Shown here: piece after piece, positions 12,740-24,338 of the stretch
Layout of the letters: the number at the start of each line of letters is the position of its first letter
How positions within the stretch are numbered: the first letter of the stretch is position 1
DNA from: Mytilus edulis
Taxonomy: Eukaryota
Direction: 5' to 3'
NCBI RefSeq assembly: GCF_963676685.1
Contig: NC_092353.1
Location: 54,932,001 to 54,996,000 of the forward strand
DNA: 64,000 bases
The notes under the pieces: generated by a model
The model's input: only the letters and a program-made list of their open reading frames with translations
What the model was told of the DNA's origin: nothing
Databases searched by the model: none
Translations under genes and position numbers: made by a program

Positions 12740-13050
12740 CTGTACCATTTGTATACATGTGAAATGTTAAAAACATCAGTTACATTTATCTCAGTGCTTA
12801 GTCTTATTTATTGACTTTTCATAATTATATGTTCATAAACTTTGTTGTTATCATACATTTGCAATGTTCATGTACATGATATGTATATAATTATGAGTTG
12901 ACATTTAAAAAAAATGCAATTTCAGACACATAGACTTACAATTAAAGTTTATCTTAAGCATAACAAATGTTGTCTTTCTTCATTTCTTCATTTTACATTT
13001 ACACATTATAGCATTTACTTAATCTCTACTGGCTTTCAGATAATCAGTAT

Positions 13051-13935
13051 TTATCGTTTTCGTTGTAGTTTCGTGTTGTCGATAACATTTTCATTATTGT
13101 TAACATTTGTTATATTTCCACGCTTGGGATTCAATGCTTGAGCTCCAACAGCACGTAACTGTGTCATGGTATTTCTTACTTCATAAACGCTGGGGTTGTT
13201 ATTGGCTCCTCCCTTGTGTCTATAGTGACCGAAATGTTGTTCTAGGGGGTCTTGGTTGAAGTTGTAAGTTAGTACGAAATCTGCTCCTTGGTCCAACATA
13301 AATTTCACACATTCTGTTATAGAATTTATACTGATTTTCACCCCAGCTATAGTTTGTGCGCTTAGTTGCATAGATAATTTCTGTGAAGGTGTCAGGTTTG
13401 GTCTTTGCATGACTGACTGCTTCCATTCCTTTAAATAGTCCAAAAATGTTGATTTTAACCAAGTAAGTCGAGGATCATCACCACCTGTGAAGGGTTCTAA
13501 ATCAGGATTCCTTTTATTACGTCCTTCAAACAAATTTCTCACATTCAGGCAATCGAAAAATTTATTGAAGTTTCGAATAAACAAAACAGTTTCTGACACA
13601 CTGTCATCATACAAATGTTCCAAGGCATTGGCCACACTACCACTTAAAATTTGAGCAGCCAAATTTACCTTCATATACGTGAATGCTGCCAGGTCAATGT
13701 GGCTCCTTGTCAACTTTGGACAGGGACTATATAGTTGCAACTCACAGTGTTCCTCAAACAGTCTCACCATGTGCATCCAAGAGATGTCTTTTCCATTTTT
13801 CCATAGTCGTCTGGTGTTTTTATGGGAGAATGAGTTGCTAAAACAGTTTCTGGCAGTCTTAATTAAATGGGGGACATCTGAGATAAAATACAAATTTCTG
13901 CTGTTGTCATGTGGGTTGATGGTGAAATAAACGGG
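13051..13935 (-). pseudogene. 5'-deleted P-element/THAP9-type transposase (294 aa remnant, stop-free)
   Basis: LYFISDVPHLIKTARNC (D/CxxH motif), KLTRSHI...MKVNLAAQILS (GTP-binding insertion), FNQDPLEQHFG...GGANNNP (catalytic Glu). The N-terminal region and first two catalytic Asp are absent; homology runs directly into the TIR. Confidence 0.92.
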
Positions 13936-14004
13936 TATATATGTCTCTGATAGTAACACTATATAAATCCTTGATTTATCATGTTTTGATCTGATGTACA
14001 CTAT

Positions 14005-14117
14005 GGAAGGTCGGTGGTTCCCTCCATGCATTGCAGCTTCCTCCAGCAAAAAAAAAACTGACACAAAATAGCACAATAGTATTGAAATTGTAACACCAAT
14101 CTATCAATCAATCAATC
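14005..14117 (+). mobile_element. 3' fragment of V-domain-like SINE
   Basis: GAAGGTCGGTGGTT...CTTCCTCCA...AAAACTGAC and (ATCA)n tail, same family as 29523-29783. Confidence 0.6.
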
Positions 14118-14253
14118 TGCTGTAAATTATCTTATTACTAAGGTTATACACTTCATATGGAGGTGTTCCTACGTAAAAGAGGCTGATACACAGAAGAAGC
14201 TTCTTAGCACATTATCAGTCGTTTCTCTCCCTGTCGTTATATTCCCCTTGTTT

Positions 14254-14753
14254 ATGATGGAAAAAAGAAAACTGTCATCATCAGAAGAGTCCCAATACGA
14301 CCACAAGCTGTCATCTTTAGAAAGCAAACGACAAAAATCCTCGAACTTCAGAACAGAAGACTTGACGGACATAGGGGTATTTTTTGCAGACAATCCGATT
14401 ACTGTGTTAGAAGTAAAAGAAAAACTTCAACTTGCATTGGAAATAGTTCCACAAAATAACAGAAGAAGTTGCAGGAATCTGAGAAGAAACACAGTAGAAA
14501 TTCCCACCTGTATTGAGTCCCTGTCCAAGTTTACAAAAGAGCATGTGACTTTTACCTTGGAGGAAGTTGACTGGAATAAGAAAGTGTCATTAGCACCAAA
14601 ATTTCGAAATGAACTTCTAGAAATTGAAAGAGAAGCAATTATAGACCTCCTGAAGGCAAAAACTGATCTAATGGATTTTTCGGAAGAATTTCTGAATGAC
14701 GAGACAAACAAGTTTAGCTTGTTTACTGACAAGCATGACAGGCTTGGCAAAAG
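14254..14753 (+). CDS. Uncharacterised PD-(D/E)xK nuclease-like gene, exon 1
   Basis: ATG ATG GAA start, 500-nt open frame, phase-2 donor AAAG|GTAGAC. The frame is open without ATG back to 14086, so an upstream exon is not excluded. Confidence 0.72.
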
Positions 14754-16345
14754 GTAGACCGCTTGTTCCACTTCTTGGGGAGAATAGGAGGGGTCCTATA
14801 ATCACGAAATCCCGGGCTTTAAAACATAAAATCCTGAGTTCTGAATTTAAATAAGTTTAAATCCCGACTTCCCAAATTTAAATAAGTTTACATCCCGACA
14901 TCCCAAAATTAAAATAACATGAATAAAGAAATCCCGGATCCCGAAAGTGTCAATCCAGAAATTCCGAGCTTAAAAACACCTAATCCTGGAGTCCAGATAA
15001 ATGCCTATCCCCCCTCACTTTGTTATTTTAATATTTTAATGTACATGTATATTTCATTATAATGATGTAGCGTTGTCATTTTTTGTAACACAATATCACT
15101 CTCAAGTCTTCTAGCTTACTTTCTCCACTCTATATTCGGTCTCTCTGATCTCTCTGGCATCCCCTTATAAACATACATGTACTTACAGGCATCCTGACGG
15201 TTTCAAAGATAGGGTACTGGGCGGTTCTAAAGATGGGCTACCGGGCGGTAACCTGACAGTTTCAATGATGGGGAACTAGACGGTACCCGACGGTTCCAAA
15301 GATGGGGTACCGGTGGTTCTAAAGATAGCGGGCGGTGCCTTATAGAAATGTAATTTAACCCAAATGTATTAATAAAAAGATATGTTACATAATAATAAAT
15401 TATACTGTCAAACTAAAATCGCTACATAAGTTATTTTGATTGACTTTCAGCAATCTCATGTCATTCTGAAATCAACCTTCATTTCAAAATGAATGTAACG
15501 TACAATTTCATGATGACAAGAGCTTCCACAAAAAAGTCCACAGGTAAATAAGAAAGACTTGATTAAAATCATGTTTTCATGAATTGAACAATTCTTTTAG
15601 AAATTTTATAGGTTTGTATAACATGTATAAGCGTTGACAGTGAGCACATTTTTAAAATGAAGCGCTGAGTCTGCCCTTCATACAAAATGTACTTCAGTCA
15701 ACGAATTTACAGCTAAATAAATTTAACAGAAAGAAGCTTTCAATTCTCATGATTCTTAAATACATAATAAAATTGAAAATGGTAATGGGGAATGTGTCAA
15801 AGAGACAAACAACCTGACCAAAGAGTGAAAAACAGCCAAAGACCACCAATAGTTCTTCATCCCAGCAAGAAAATCCTGCATCTGGAGGCACACTGCAACA
15901 TGACTTACTTAGTCTAACACATTAAAACTCAGTTTAAAAGAAGTCTGAGCCTGATGTACACAAGTGGGTAGCTCCCACAATCACAAAGATTAAAACTATT
16001 TATTTCCTAAACATAGTAACATACATGTAGCTGTATTTTGTATAATGTCTATAGCTATTTCATCATGGAACACTTTCTCCACAGTCAGGGGTCAATTAAG
16101 AGATGAAAATAATTTTGACATTTGTGTTACAATTTAAAAAGCTATCAATGTATTAATTTCAGTTGCAGTATAAAAAAAATATTAGGTCAATGTCATAAAA
16201 ATATAAACTTTTTTGTTCTCGCGCAAAAATGGGGAAGGGCTCGGTAGAACCTCACCCTTCCCCAGTTTCTCAGTCTCATACAAAAAAGTTTATATTTTCC
16301 AGACATTGACCTAATATTGTATATATGTGTCAGTGGCATACTTAA

Positions 16346-17022
16346 GGGCATATGATACAGTTACAGGGGAGGTAATGAAGTTGCTCACGTAAAATGTTAT
16401 TTTCGCGACGTCAAACTGTGACATATCGGGAAAAGATGCATTTTTCGACTGATTTTTACCATTCAAACTGATTTAATTTGAAAACGAGTGCATGGACCCC
16501 TATTTTTTAAAACGACATTTTGTTTCATTTTGCAGGGAGATTATGTGGCTCAAATTTTATAAAACTGTAAATAGTGCAATTTTTTTTAATTTTGATAAAT
16601 ATACAGCAAAAAATGACATTTTTCTTCTCAATTCATGACCATTTGATAAATATGAGTTATTTCTGAAAAAAATGCATATTTTTTTAGGATACTTATAAAA
16701 TACAGAAATAACAAATTATTTAACAAAAAACAATTTGTGTTTATCTTTTAAAACAAAAAAGTTTTGACTTTCTTTCGAAAGAAAAAATACGGCCACAAAT
16801 CCGAATTTTAAGCAAATATACAAAATTTCGACCTCATTTTACTCAAAAAGTATAGCACATGAAGGTATATTTTTTAATATTATTAATTCGTATATTTTAA
16901 CAAATTTGATTCGTTTAGGGATAGTCACATGTTAAACTGTATTTTCGAAGGTAGAGAGAAAACGGCGGATAGAAAAAAGCCAAAATACATATTGACCGGG
17001 ATCAAAACTGTATCGTATGCCC
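16346..17022. mobile_element. Kolobok-like MITE
   Basis: TTAA|GGGCATATGATACAGTT ... AACTGTATCGTATGCCC|TTAA (17-bp TIR, 1 mismatch). Confidence 0.8.
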
Positions 17023-17896
17023 TTAACATGTTATAAATACATATATACATTCAGTCTAAAATTTACCAGATTAAGTCATATTTCTCCTGATCATTCATTT
17101 TAATTTTTTAATCTGTTTCAGATGATGTACATCTTTTTTTCTCAAGAATGCATGTTCTGAAACTTAGCTGTATGAATTCAGTACTAAGTAAAAATGACAT
17201 GTACATTTGTATCTCTAAGTAAGGTTGTCTTAAATATCAATAGAAATAAATAATACATTCCTGTGATATCTATAGTGGTTCTATGGTTTTCATTGAATTT
17301 TAGGGAATTTTTCAGGAAATAAGTGTACCATTCATTATCACTGAACTATATTTGGTTAGCGGCCAGCTGAAGGACTCCTCCGGGTGCGGGAATTTCTCGC
17401 TACATTGAAGACATGTTGGTGACCTTCTGCTGCTGTTTTTTTCTATGGTCGGGTTGTTGTCTCTTAGGCACACTCCCCATTTCCATTCTCAATTTTATTC
17501 AGTTTCAATTAAAGATTTTGGTAATGGTTATTACTGCTCCAATATCTCCCTTTGACAGCATGCATACAATATACATGTAGGATTAAACACTTTTTAAAGG
17601 AATTTATTGGTGTAAACTCAACCAATCCACTCACAAACAAATTAAAGTCGGAAGGACTTTTATGATATGTTAAAAAAAAAGGGGATTAGGAATTTAACTT
17701 CCCTGCTCCTAACCTGCATAACACAGGAATTGTATATTTGTGTCATTGAGTTGGCCTGGCACATTAATTATTTTTTTGGTTAACACAACAAAAAATGTAC
17801 AGTATGAAATTTGCTATCTGAAAAAAAATGTCAAATTAATGTTATTTGTTTATTATTGAATTCAACCATGAATGTGCAGAAAAATTGAATATTTAA

Positions 17897-19164
17897 ACCT
17901 GGCCTTTCATATCACTTGGCGTCCATCATCGTCTGTCGTCGTTAACTTTTTACAAAAATCTCCTCTGAAACTACTGGGCCAAATTTAATCAAACTTTTCC
18001 GTAATCATCATAGAGGTATCTAGTTTAAAAAATGTGTCCAGTGATCTGGCCAACCAACCAAGATGGCTGCCATGTCTAAAAATAGAACATAGGGGTAAAA
18101 TGTATATTTTGGCCTATAACTCTGAAACCAAAGCATTTAGAGCAAATCTGACATGGGGTTAAATTATTTATCAAGTCAACATATATCTGCCCTGAAATTT
18201 TCAGATGAATCGGACAACCAGTTGTTGGGTTGCTGCCCCTGAATTTGTAATTTTAAAGAAATTTTGCCATTATGGTTATTATCTTGAATATTATTATAGA
18301 TAGAGATAAACTGTAATCAGCAATAATGTTCAGCAAAGTAAGGTCTACAAATAAGTCAAATGACCAAAATGGTCAGTTAACCCCTTAAGGAGTTATTGCC
18401 CTTTATAGTCATTTTTTTCCCCCCAATTATTCGTCAATTTTTGTAATCTTCAAAAATCTTCTCCTCTGAAATTACTAGGCCAAATTTAGTCAAAATTAGC
18501 CACAATCATTATTAGGGTATCTATTTAAAAAAATGTGTCCTGTGACCCGGCCAACCAACCAAGATGGCCGCCATGGCTAAAAATAGAACATAGGGCTAAC
18601 ATGTAGATTTTGGCTTATAACTCTGAAACCAAAGCATTTAGAGCAAATCTGATGGGGTAAAATTGTTTATCAAATCAAGATCTATCTGCCCTAAAATTTT
18701 CAGATGAATTGGACAACTGGTTGTTGGGTTGCTGCCCCCACAATTGGTAATTTTTAAAGAAATTTTGCCATTTTTGGTTATTATCTTGAATACTATTATA
18801 GATAGAGATAAACTGTAAACAGCAATAATGTTTAACAAAGTAAGATCTACAAATAAGTCTGCATGACCAAAATGGTCAGTTGATCCCTTAAGGAGTTATA
18901 TTGTCCTTTATAGTCAATTTTTAACAATTTTCATTAATTTTGTAAATTTTTGTAAATTTTTACAAAATATTTACCTCTGTAAGGAAAGGGCCAAGTTTAT
19001 TATAGATAGAGAAAATTGTAAGTAGCAAGAATGTTCAGTCAAGTAAGATAAACAAACACATCACCAAATCACAATTTTGTCATGAATCCATCTGTGTAAT
19101 TTGGTTAATATGCACATACATGTATACCAAGGTGAGCGACACAGGCTCTTAAGAGCCTCTAGTT
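17897..19164 (+). mobile_element. Non-autonomous Helentron-type element with two ~500-bp tandem units
   Basis: (CGT/CGTC)-type microsatellite head; duplicated AAAATCT(T)CTCCTCTGAAA...CCAACCAACCAAGATGG block; 3' AGGTGAGCGA + hairpin AGGCTCTT-AAGAGCCT + CTAGTTT. Confidence 0.75.
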
Positions 19165-19324
19165 TACATTGGTTACAAAAAGTAGTTCAGTCAACGTTGT
19201 CTATCAAAAATAAACAAAATAAAAGTTGAGAGCCAATACCGAAAGCCTTCTCCACCAATCATATAAACGTATTCCCTAAAATGCAAATCATATAAGAATC
19301 ATTTTTATTTTTACTTTTTTGCAG

Positions 19325-19516
19325 AATGTTTTTGGACTGGTCCACCAATACATCCAGATTTCTTGCTGAGATAAAGAAAGTACTCGAAAAGTTAAGTTCA
19401 CCACTGGAAGTACCACCTGAACCGATCAGAGATAAACTTGAAGATGTTATTTTAAGGGAAGGTGTTTTCACAAGTTTGTTCATGAAGTTTGCAGAAATCT
19501 TTTTTCTTCAACCAGA
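19325..19516 (+). CDS. PD-(D/E)xK nuclease-like gene, exon 2
   Basis: TTTTTTGCAG acceptor; phase 2/2; (R)MFLDWSTN...LREGVFTSLFMKFAEIFFLQP. Confidence 0.78.
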
Positions 19517-20550
19517 GTAGGTTACATGTAATTCTGAGAGTTCCATAGCAGTTATTGCTATAGCTACCACTCATCATCTTTTGTCCCTGCATCTAAGACA
19601 TATAGGATCACCTTAGACACCTTCCATTAAGTTGCAATCACTTTGTGTCTGACTGTCCTACAAAAATGTCCATTTTCGTTATATTTTTAGATCACTACCT
19701 TGACAAAAATGAAATAAAATCATCATCATTTGTTAATGTAAAGTTTTCAAATATCTTCTCTGTTTCCACTAGGCAATTCTGAGAAACATGGCAACAATCA
19801 CCTTTGATGTGTCTAATTAAAATAAAAATATCTACTATAGATGCCTGCCACGTATAACAACATGGCTGAAGTAGAACATTGGGACAAAGACTTTTATAGC
19901 AAGACAAATCCTTGCTTGGGTCAATATATTTTCAGCTAATCGGACCGAAAAGTCCATGCATGTTAATGCCGTCATTTAGCATCCATTATGATGTCTCTTC
20001 ATCCATCTAGTGGGCCAAATGTTACCAAATTAACATTATCAATAAAGTATGACTGCAAGATAAAAAAAAATATTAACAATTATGCCTGCAGCATAACAAA
20101 ACATGGCCACCATGACTGGAATAAAACATTGAGATCAATAAGTTTTTGATAGTGTTGAGGCATTATGTTTTCCAGTATGTGCGTCACTTTACATGTTCAT
20201 TCTTCTGTTCTGTTTCAGGTTAAATTAATGATCAAGAGAAGCTTGGACTCTTGGCGAAACTTGTAACAAGCAAGATTAGATGAATAAATATTATTATGTT
20301 GTTAAAAAAAAAAAAAAAATTAATGATCAAGGTAGTTTGTAATGAAATTGAAGTCACATTAACTTGCGACTTAGTACACATGTTCATTTTATGTGAACTT
20401 TTAAGATTTACTGTCAATTAACAAATTTCTCTTTCACTATAAGCATGATAAACTAGATAAGGAAAATTGATACTAAAGCTAGCAGCAAGCGTGTCATGGT
20501 GTTCTGTGGATTCATATACTTGTTTTGATTGATTTGGTTACAAGTGCTAA

Positions 20551-20842
20551 GGCAGCAACCATTTGATTTTCTGGGGGGGGGGGGGGGCTATGGTTTTTTT
20601 TTGGAAAAAAAAAGTTTGTTTCCAGTTTTTGGAGAAAAAAATAATTTGTTTTTGATTCTGAGAAAAAAAAATTGTTTGTTTCACCCTCAGCTGCCACTAT
20701 ATGTAATGCTAAAATTGAAAGAAAAAAATTGTTTTCGACTTGTCGCAAAAAAAATAGATTGTTTTTCGCCGCAGGCGAAAAAAAAAAGTTTGTACAGAAA
20801 AAAAAACCATAGCCCCCCCCAGAAAATCAAATGGTTGCTGCC
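20551..20842. mobile_element. PIF/Harbinger (Tourist-like) MITE
   Basis: TAA|GGCAGCAACCATTTGATTTTCTGGGGGGG ... CCCCCCCAGAAAATCAAATGGTTGCTGCC|TAA. Confidence 0.85.
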
Positions 20843-20936
20843 TAATTAATATTTTTTTACCTATTATAACCTGAAACTTAATCTGTCTTGTGGGCATCTA
20901 TCAAGCCATCATTTTATTTTATCTTCTTTATTTTAG

Positions 20937-21066
20937 TTTTGGAGAACACAAAACTATTTCTTTAAAGATAAGAAATAAGTATGTTGGATGTATTCCTGAT
21001 GTTAGATATAATCAACGTGTACAGAAATCTGAAGGCAGATCCTGTTTATTGCTTATGCTGGCCGAG
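20937..21066 (+). CDS. PD-(D/E)xK nuclease-like gene, exon 3
   Basis: TTTTAG acceptor, GAG|GTGAGT donor; (D)FGEHK...CIPDVRY...LLLMLAE. Confidence 0.8.
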
Positions 21067-21771
21067 GTGAGTAGAGGAATACTTTCAACAAAACATTAGT
21101 TCTATCTTAGATTTGATACATATAAAAATAAGGAGGTTTGGTATTATTGCCAATGCAACAACTATCCACCAAAGTTCAAATGAAGTGGCAGTAAGCAATA
21201 ATAGACAACTGTAACTTACAGTGTAAGGCCTTCAACAATGAGAAAAACTCATATTGTGTTGTCGGCTATGAAAGTCCCTGATGCCTTGATTTGACTGTTT
21301 CATTTTCAGTGTTTGAATTCGTTTTTAGCTGACTTGGCTCAAAGGTATGTCATCAAACTACAATGTGTTAAAGTTTTTAAAGTAATCTAAATAGTTTTTA
21401 ATACTAGTGACTTTCTTGGTGAGTAATAAAATAATCATATTTGGTATATAGGATCCTTGCAAAGTCCGCCTGCTACTGACCTTGACCTCATTTCATGAAT
21501 CAAAGATCTAGGTTTAGTTTTTGTCGTCGAGTCCATATCTCAAGCACTATAAGCAATAGGTCAACTATATTCCCACAGGCAAAATTGACCTTAGATGAAT
21601 TTGACTATTATTTAAGGGCCTGTTTGGGCAAAAAGCTCCTGGCATTTTTATGTATTTATACATTTTTTGTTTTCAAATATTTTGTTTTGAGTGTTCCTGA
21701 TGAAGGTAAATCTAGATTGTAGTTTCGACACACAGAATTTATAGTGTGTTATTTTTGTCTATAAGCAATTA

Positions 21772-22076
21772 GGGAGCTACCATTTGATTTTTATGGGGGG
21801 GGGGGGGGGGGGGGGGGGGGCTAGGATGAAATTTGAAAAAAATAGGCAGGACAGGAGTTTTGAGTAAAAAAAAAAAGCAGGATGAGACACTTTGCAAAAA
21901 AAAAAAGGCAGGATGACAATTTAGGTAAAAAAAAGTCAGGATAAACTAATAAAATAAAAGGCAGGACCGAATAGAGTGAAAAATAAAAAGGCAGGACAGA
22001 GATTACAACTAAAAAAAAAATGCAGGACAAAATTTTTCATCCTAGCCCCCCCCATAAAAATCAAATGGTAGCTCCC
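21772..22076. mobile_element. PIF/Harbinger (Tourist-like) MITE
   Basis: TTA|GGGAGCTACCATTTGATTTTTATGGGG ... CCCCATAAAAATCAAATGGTAGCTCCC|TTA; internal GCAGGA repeats. Confidence 0.85.
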
Positions 22077-22519
22077 TTAGTCAACATTGGTTACAAGAAA
22101 CTGACTTGATACACAGTTCTTCACAACACAGTAAATAAGTTTACTTTTATGTCAAAAAAACCATGTATGATCATCACAGCTCGTATTAGGAAAAAAAAAT
22201 TGGAGTGCACCTATACAGTTTTGATAACAAATATTTATAATTTTTAATTTAAAATTTTTGGATTTTAATGTTTCTGAAGAAGGTAATACCAGAAAAGCCC
22301 ATGCAGACACACCAAATTCACTAAATGTTATTTTTGTTTATCATTATGAACTAACAGTTAAAACTCGGTAAATAAAAATAAAAATTGTTTCTTATGCAAC
22401 ATCTTTAAAAGTTCTTTAAAATAAATTTGGATTTTTTGAAATTATTTCCTAGTGAGTAATTCATGCTCCTTGGAGCCTCTAGTTACTATTTGAATCACAA
22501 TAATGTTTTATGTTATAAG

Positions 22520-22693
22520 GTGAAAAAAGATGTATTAAAGGTGCCAGATGATGATGATGACTCCAAAACCCCCTGGATAGAAAAAAAATTGAAAAAGCAG
22601 GTACTGGGACAGATTGGATCACAGCTATTATTAGAATGTTGGCACTCTGTGTTTGTTCCAAAGAGTCTAGGGATTGTTTGCATAGGGACTGAG
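22520..22693 (+). CDS. PD-(D/E)xK nuclease-like gene, exon 4
   Basis: Phase 0/0, 174 nt, GAG|GTAAG donor; VKKDVLK...VLGQIGSQLLLEC...LGIVCIGTE. Confidence 0.8.
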
Positions 22694-23518
22694 GTAAGAT
22701 AGTCAAGTCTAAGCTGGGTTCAAAGTTCAAAACCTGTTAATAGAATGGCAATGTTTAGCTGGTGAATGGGCAGTCATGGAAAAATGGGTCCCTTTTTGTG
22801 TAATCAGCCTCTCCAGTTTTCGACCAAGAACCCTGAAACTTCACAAGAAGTTTGCACTCATATTGAAGTTGTGCACCTGCTTTCACTAAGACCTAGAAAA
22901 AAAAGTATGTGTTTCTGGTAACCCAACAGACCCTAGTTTGTTCCCCCGACTCTATTTTTTTTTATGGTGTCGGCAAAAAAATAATTCTTTAAAATCGAAT
23001 TTCTGTGTCACTGATTTGCATTTTATTTCATCGCTAAAATCGCTGAAAAAAACCTAAAAAAAACCCTACCTACCCTAATTTTGAAAAGGGTGTTACTGGA
23101 CACACATATTTTTTTTTATAGTTTTTTAGGCCTAATTGTGTAAGGATATTTTACCTCATTTCAATCACCTTTGAGTGTATGATCCTGACTAAATTAGGGT
23201 ACATGTATCTTGTATAAAGTATGATCCCTTCTAGAGTTATTTAATACCCTTAAACCCCGAAAATCTTTAGTCCGGACTGAATTTGTATGATCTGTAACAG
23301 CTTCAGTATGTTATCATCTTGTGACAGATTTAACTGCTGAACAGTTTAGGTTGTGGTTTCACATCTGATAACAGTTAACTGAGAAAAGACAATATGACCT
23401 TAGTTTAAAACTAAGGTCATATTGTCTTTTCGACCAAGAACCCTAAACTGTTTTAGAGAAAAGAAGTTTTATTATCAAAATACATATGCACTGGATATAA
23501 TGATTTATTTTTGTTACA

Positions 23519-23760
23519 TCATTCCCACTGATGTCCAATGTATGGAATGTCTTTAGGATTAGGATATTTGGATCTAGCTAAATCCAAACTCTCAGAGTCA
23601 AAACTAGGTTTTGGCATAAATAATTTCTGTGATAAACTACCCATTCACCACCTCCTATATTTTTCTTTCTGTCCAAGTACTCCTCAGTATACCATACCCC
23701 TTAATTGTCCATTATCTTCCAAAACCGTTTATGAATTTCCTTTCTAATTCCTGAATTTTG
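23519..23760 (-). pseudogene. Degenerate remnant of a transposon-associated KolX/P2X7-C-terminus-like ORF
   Basis: Minus strand gives IRKEIHKRFWKIMDN*GVWYTEEYLDRK, then after a frameshift MPK...LDLARSKYPNPKDIPYIGHQWE*. Confidence 0.45.
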
Positions 23761-24338
23761 TTAAACCACAGCGTTACAACCTGTCATGAATTTTTATTAC
23801 AAATCAACATGATCAATTGAAATGAAGTGACATGTAAAGATATGGAAACATTAAAAATTGTAAAACACTTTATATTTTGACCTTCATTATACATTCTTTA
23901 CCTAATGACATTTCAAGTAATTGTAACAAAAGTATAACTAGGCTAGGCATCTGTAATTCATCAGCTTCTTGTCAAATATATGGTCATAAATTCATAGATA
24001 GAGAAACCATACAGTGACTTTCTTCATCACCAAACTGATCAAAAAGCGGTGTACTTCAGGGTTTAAGTTAATGATGATTTTTTTTCCAAATTTTTGTGAG
24101 AACAATGTTACAAGGAGAAAAACTTTGAAAGGCATAATAAGAAAGTAAGATAATTGATAAACAGCAAAAATATTCATCTACACAAAAAGTCCTATTGAGC
24201 CATTAAGACTTTAAGAAGCCTCTTAGTTATGATACAATATAAAGATTAGATACAGATAAGGTTTATGTACGGTGAGATGAAGCAATTTAGGACAAACTTA
24301 CATAAATGTTGTTATTTTCCTTGTTTTTTTCATTTTAG

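Larger units (their letters stand above)
7984..13949. mobile_element. P-superfamily (THAP9-like) DNA transposon, 5,966 bp, internally deleted, two convergent genes
   Basis: Perfect 15-bp TIRs CAGAGACATATATAC (7984-7998) / GTATATATGTCTCTG (13935-13949); exact 7-bp TSD ATAGTAA (7977-7983, 13950-13956); encloses a P-type transposase remnant. Confidence 0.92.

Noticed and set aside
13936-14076. N-terminal 47 codons of the 341-aa ORF (13051-14076) as real transposase sequence
   Set aside because: They read through the TIR, TSD, flanking DNA and a SINE fragment from a non-ATG start; fortuitous open frame.
14427-14771. 114-aa minus-strand ORF (also 46137-46487, 57529-57798, 13679-13930)
   Set aside because: Antisense shadows of real coding exons or TE ORFs; no motifs.
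15190-15340. GC-rich degenerate repeat as coding or regulatory element
   Set aside because: Short decayed tandem repeat with no splice signals or protein motif that I could support.
20512-20897. Cluster of overlapping Lys/Phe-rich ORFs
   Set aside because: Homopolymer-rich interior of a Harbinger MITE.
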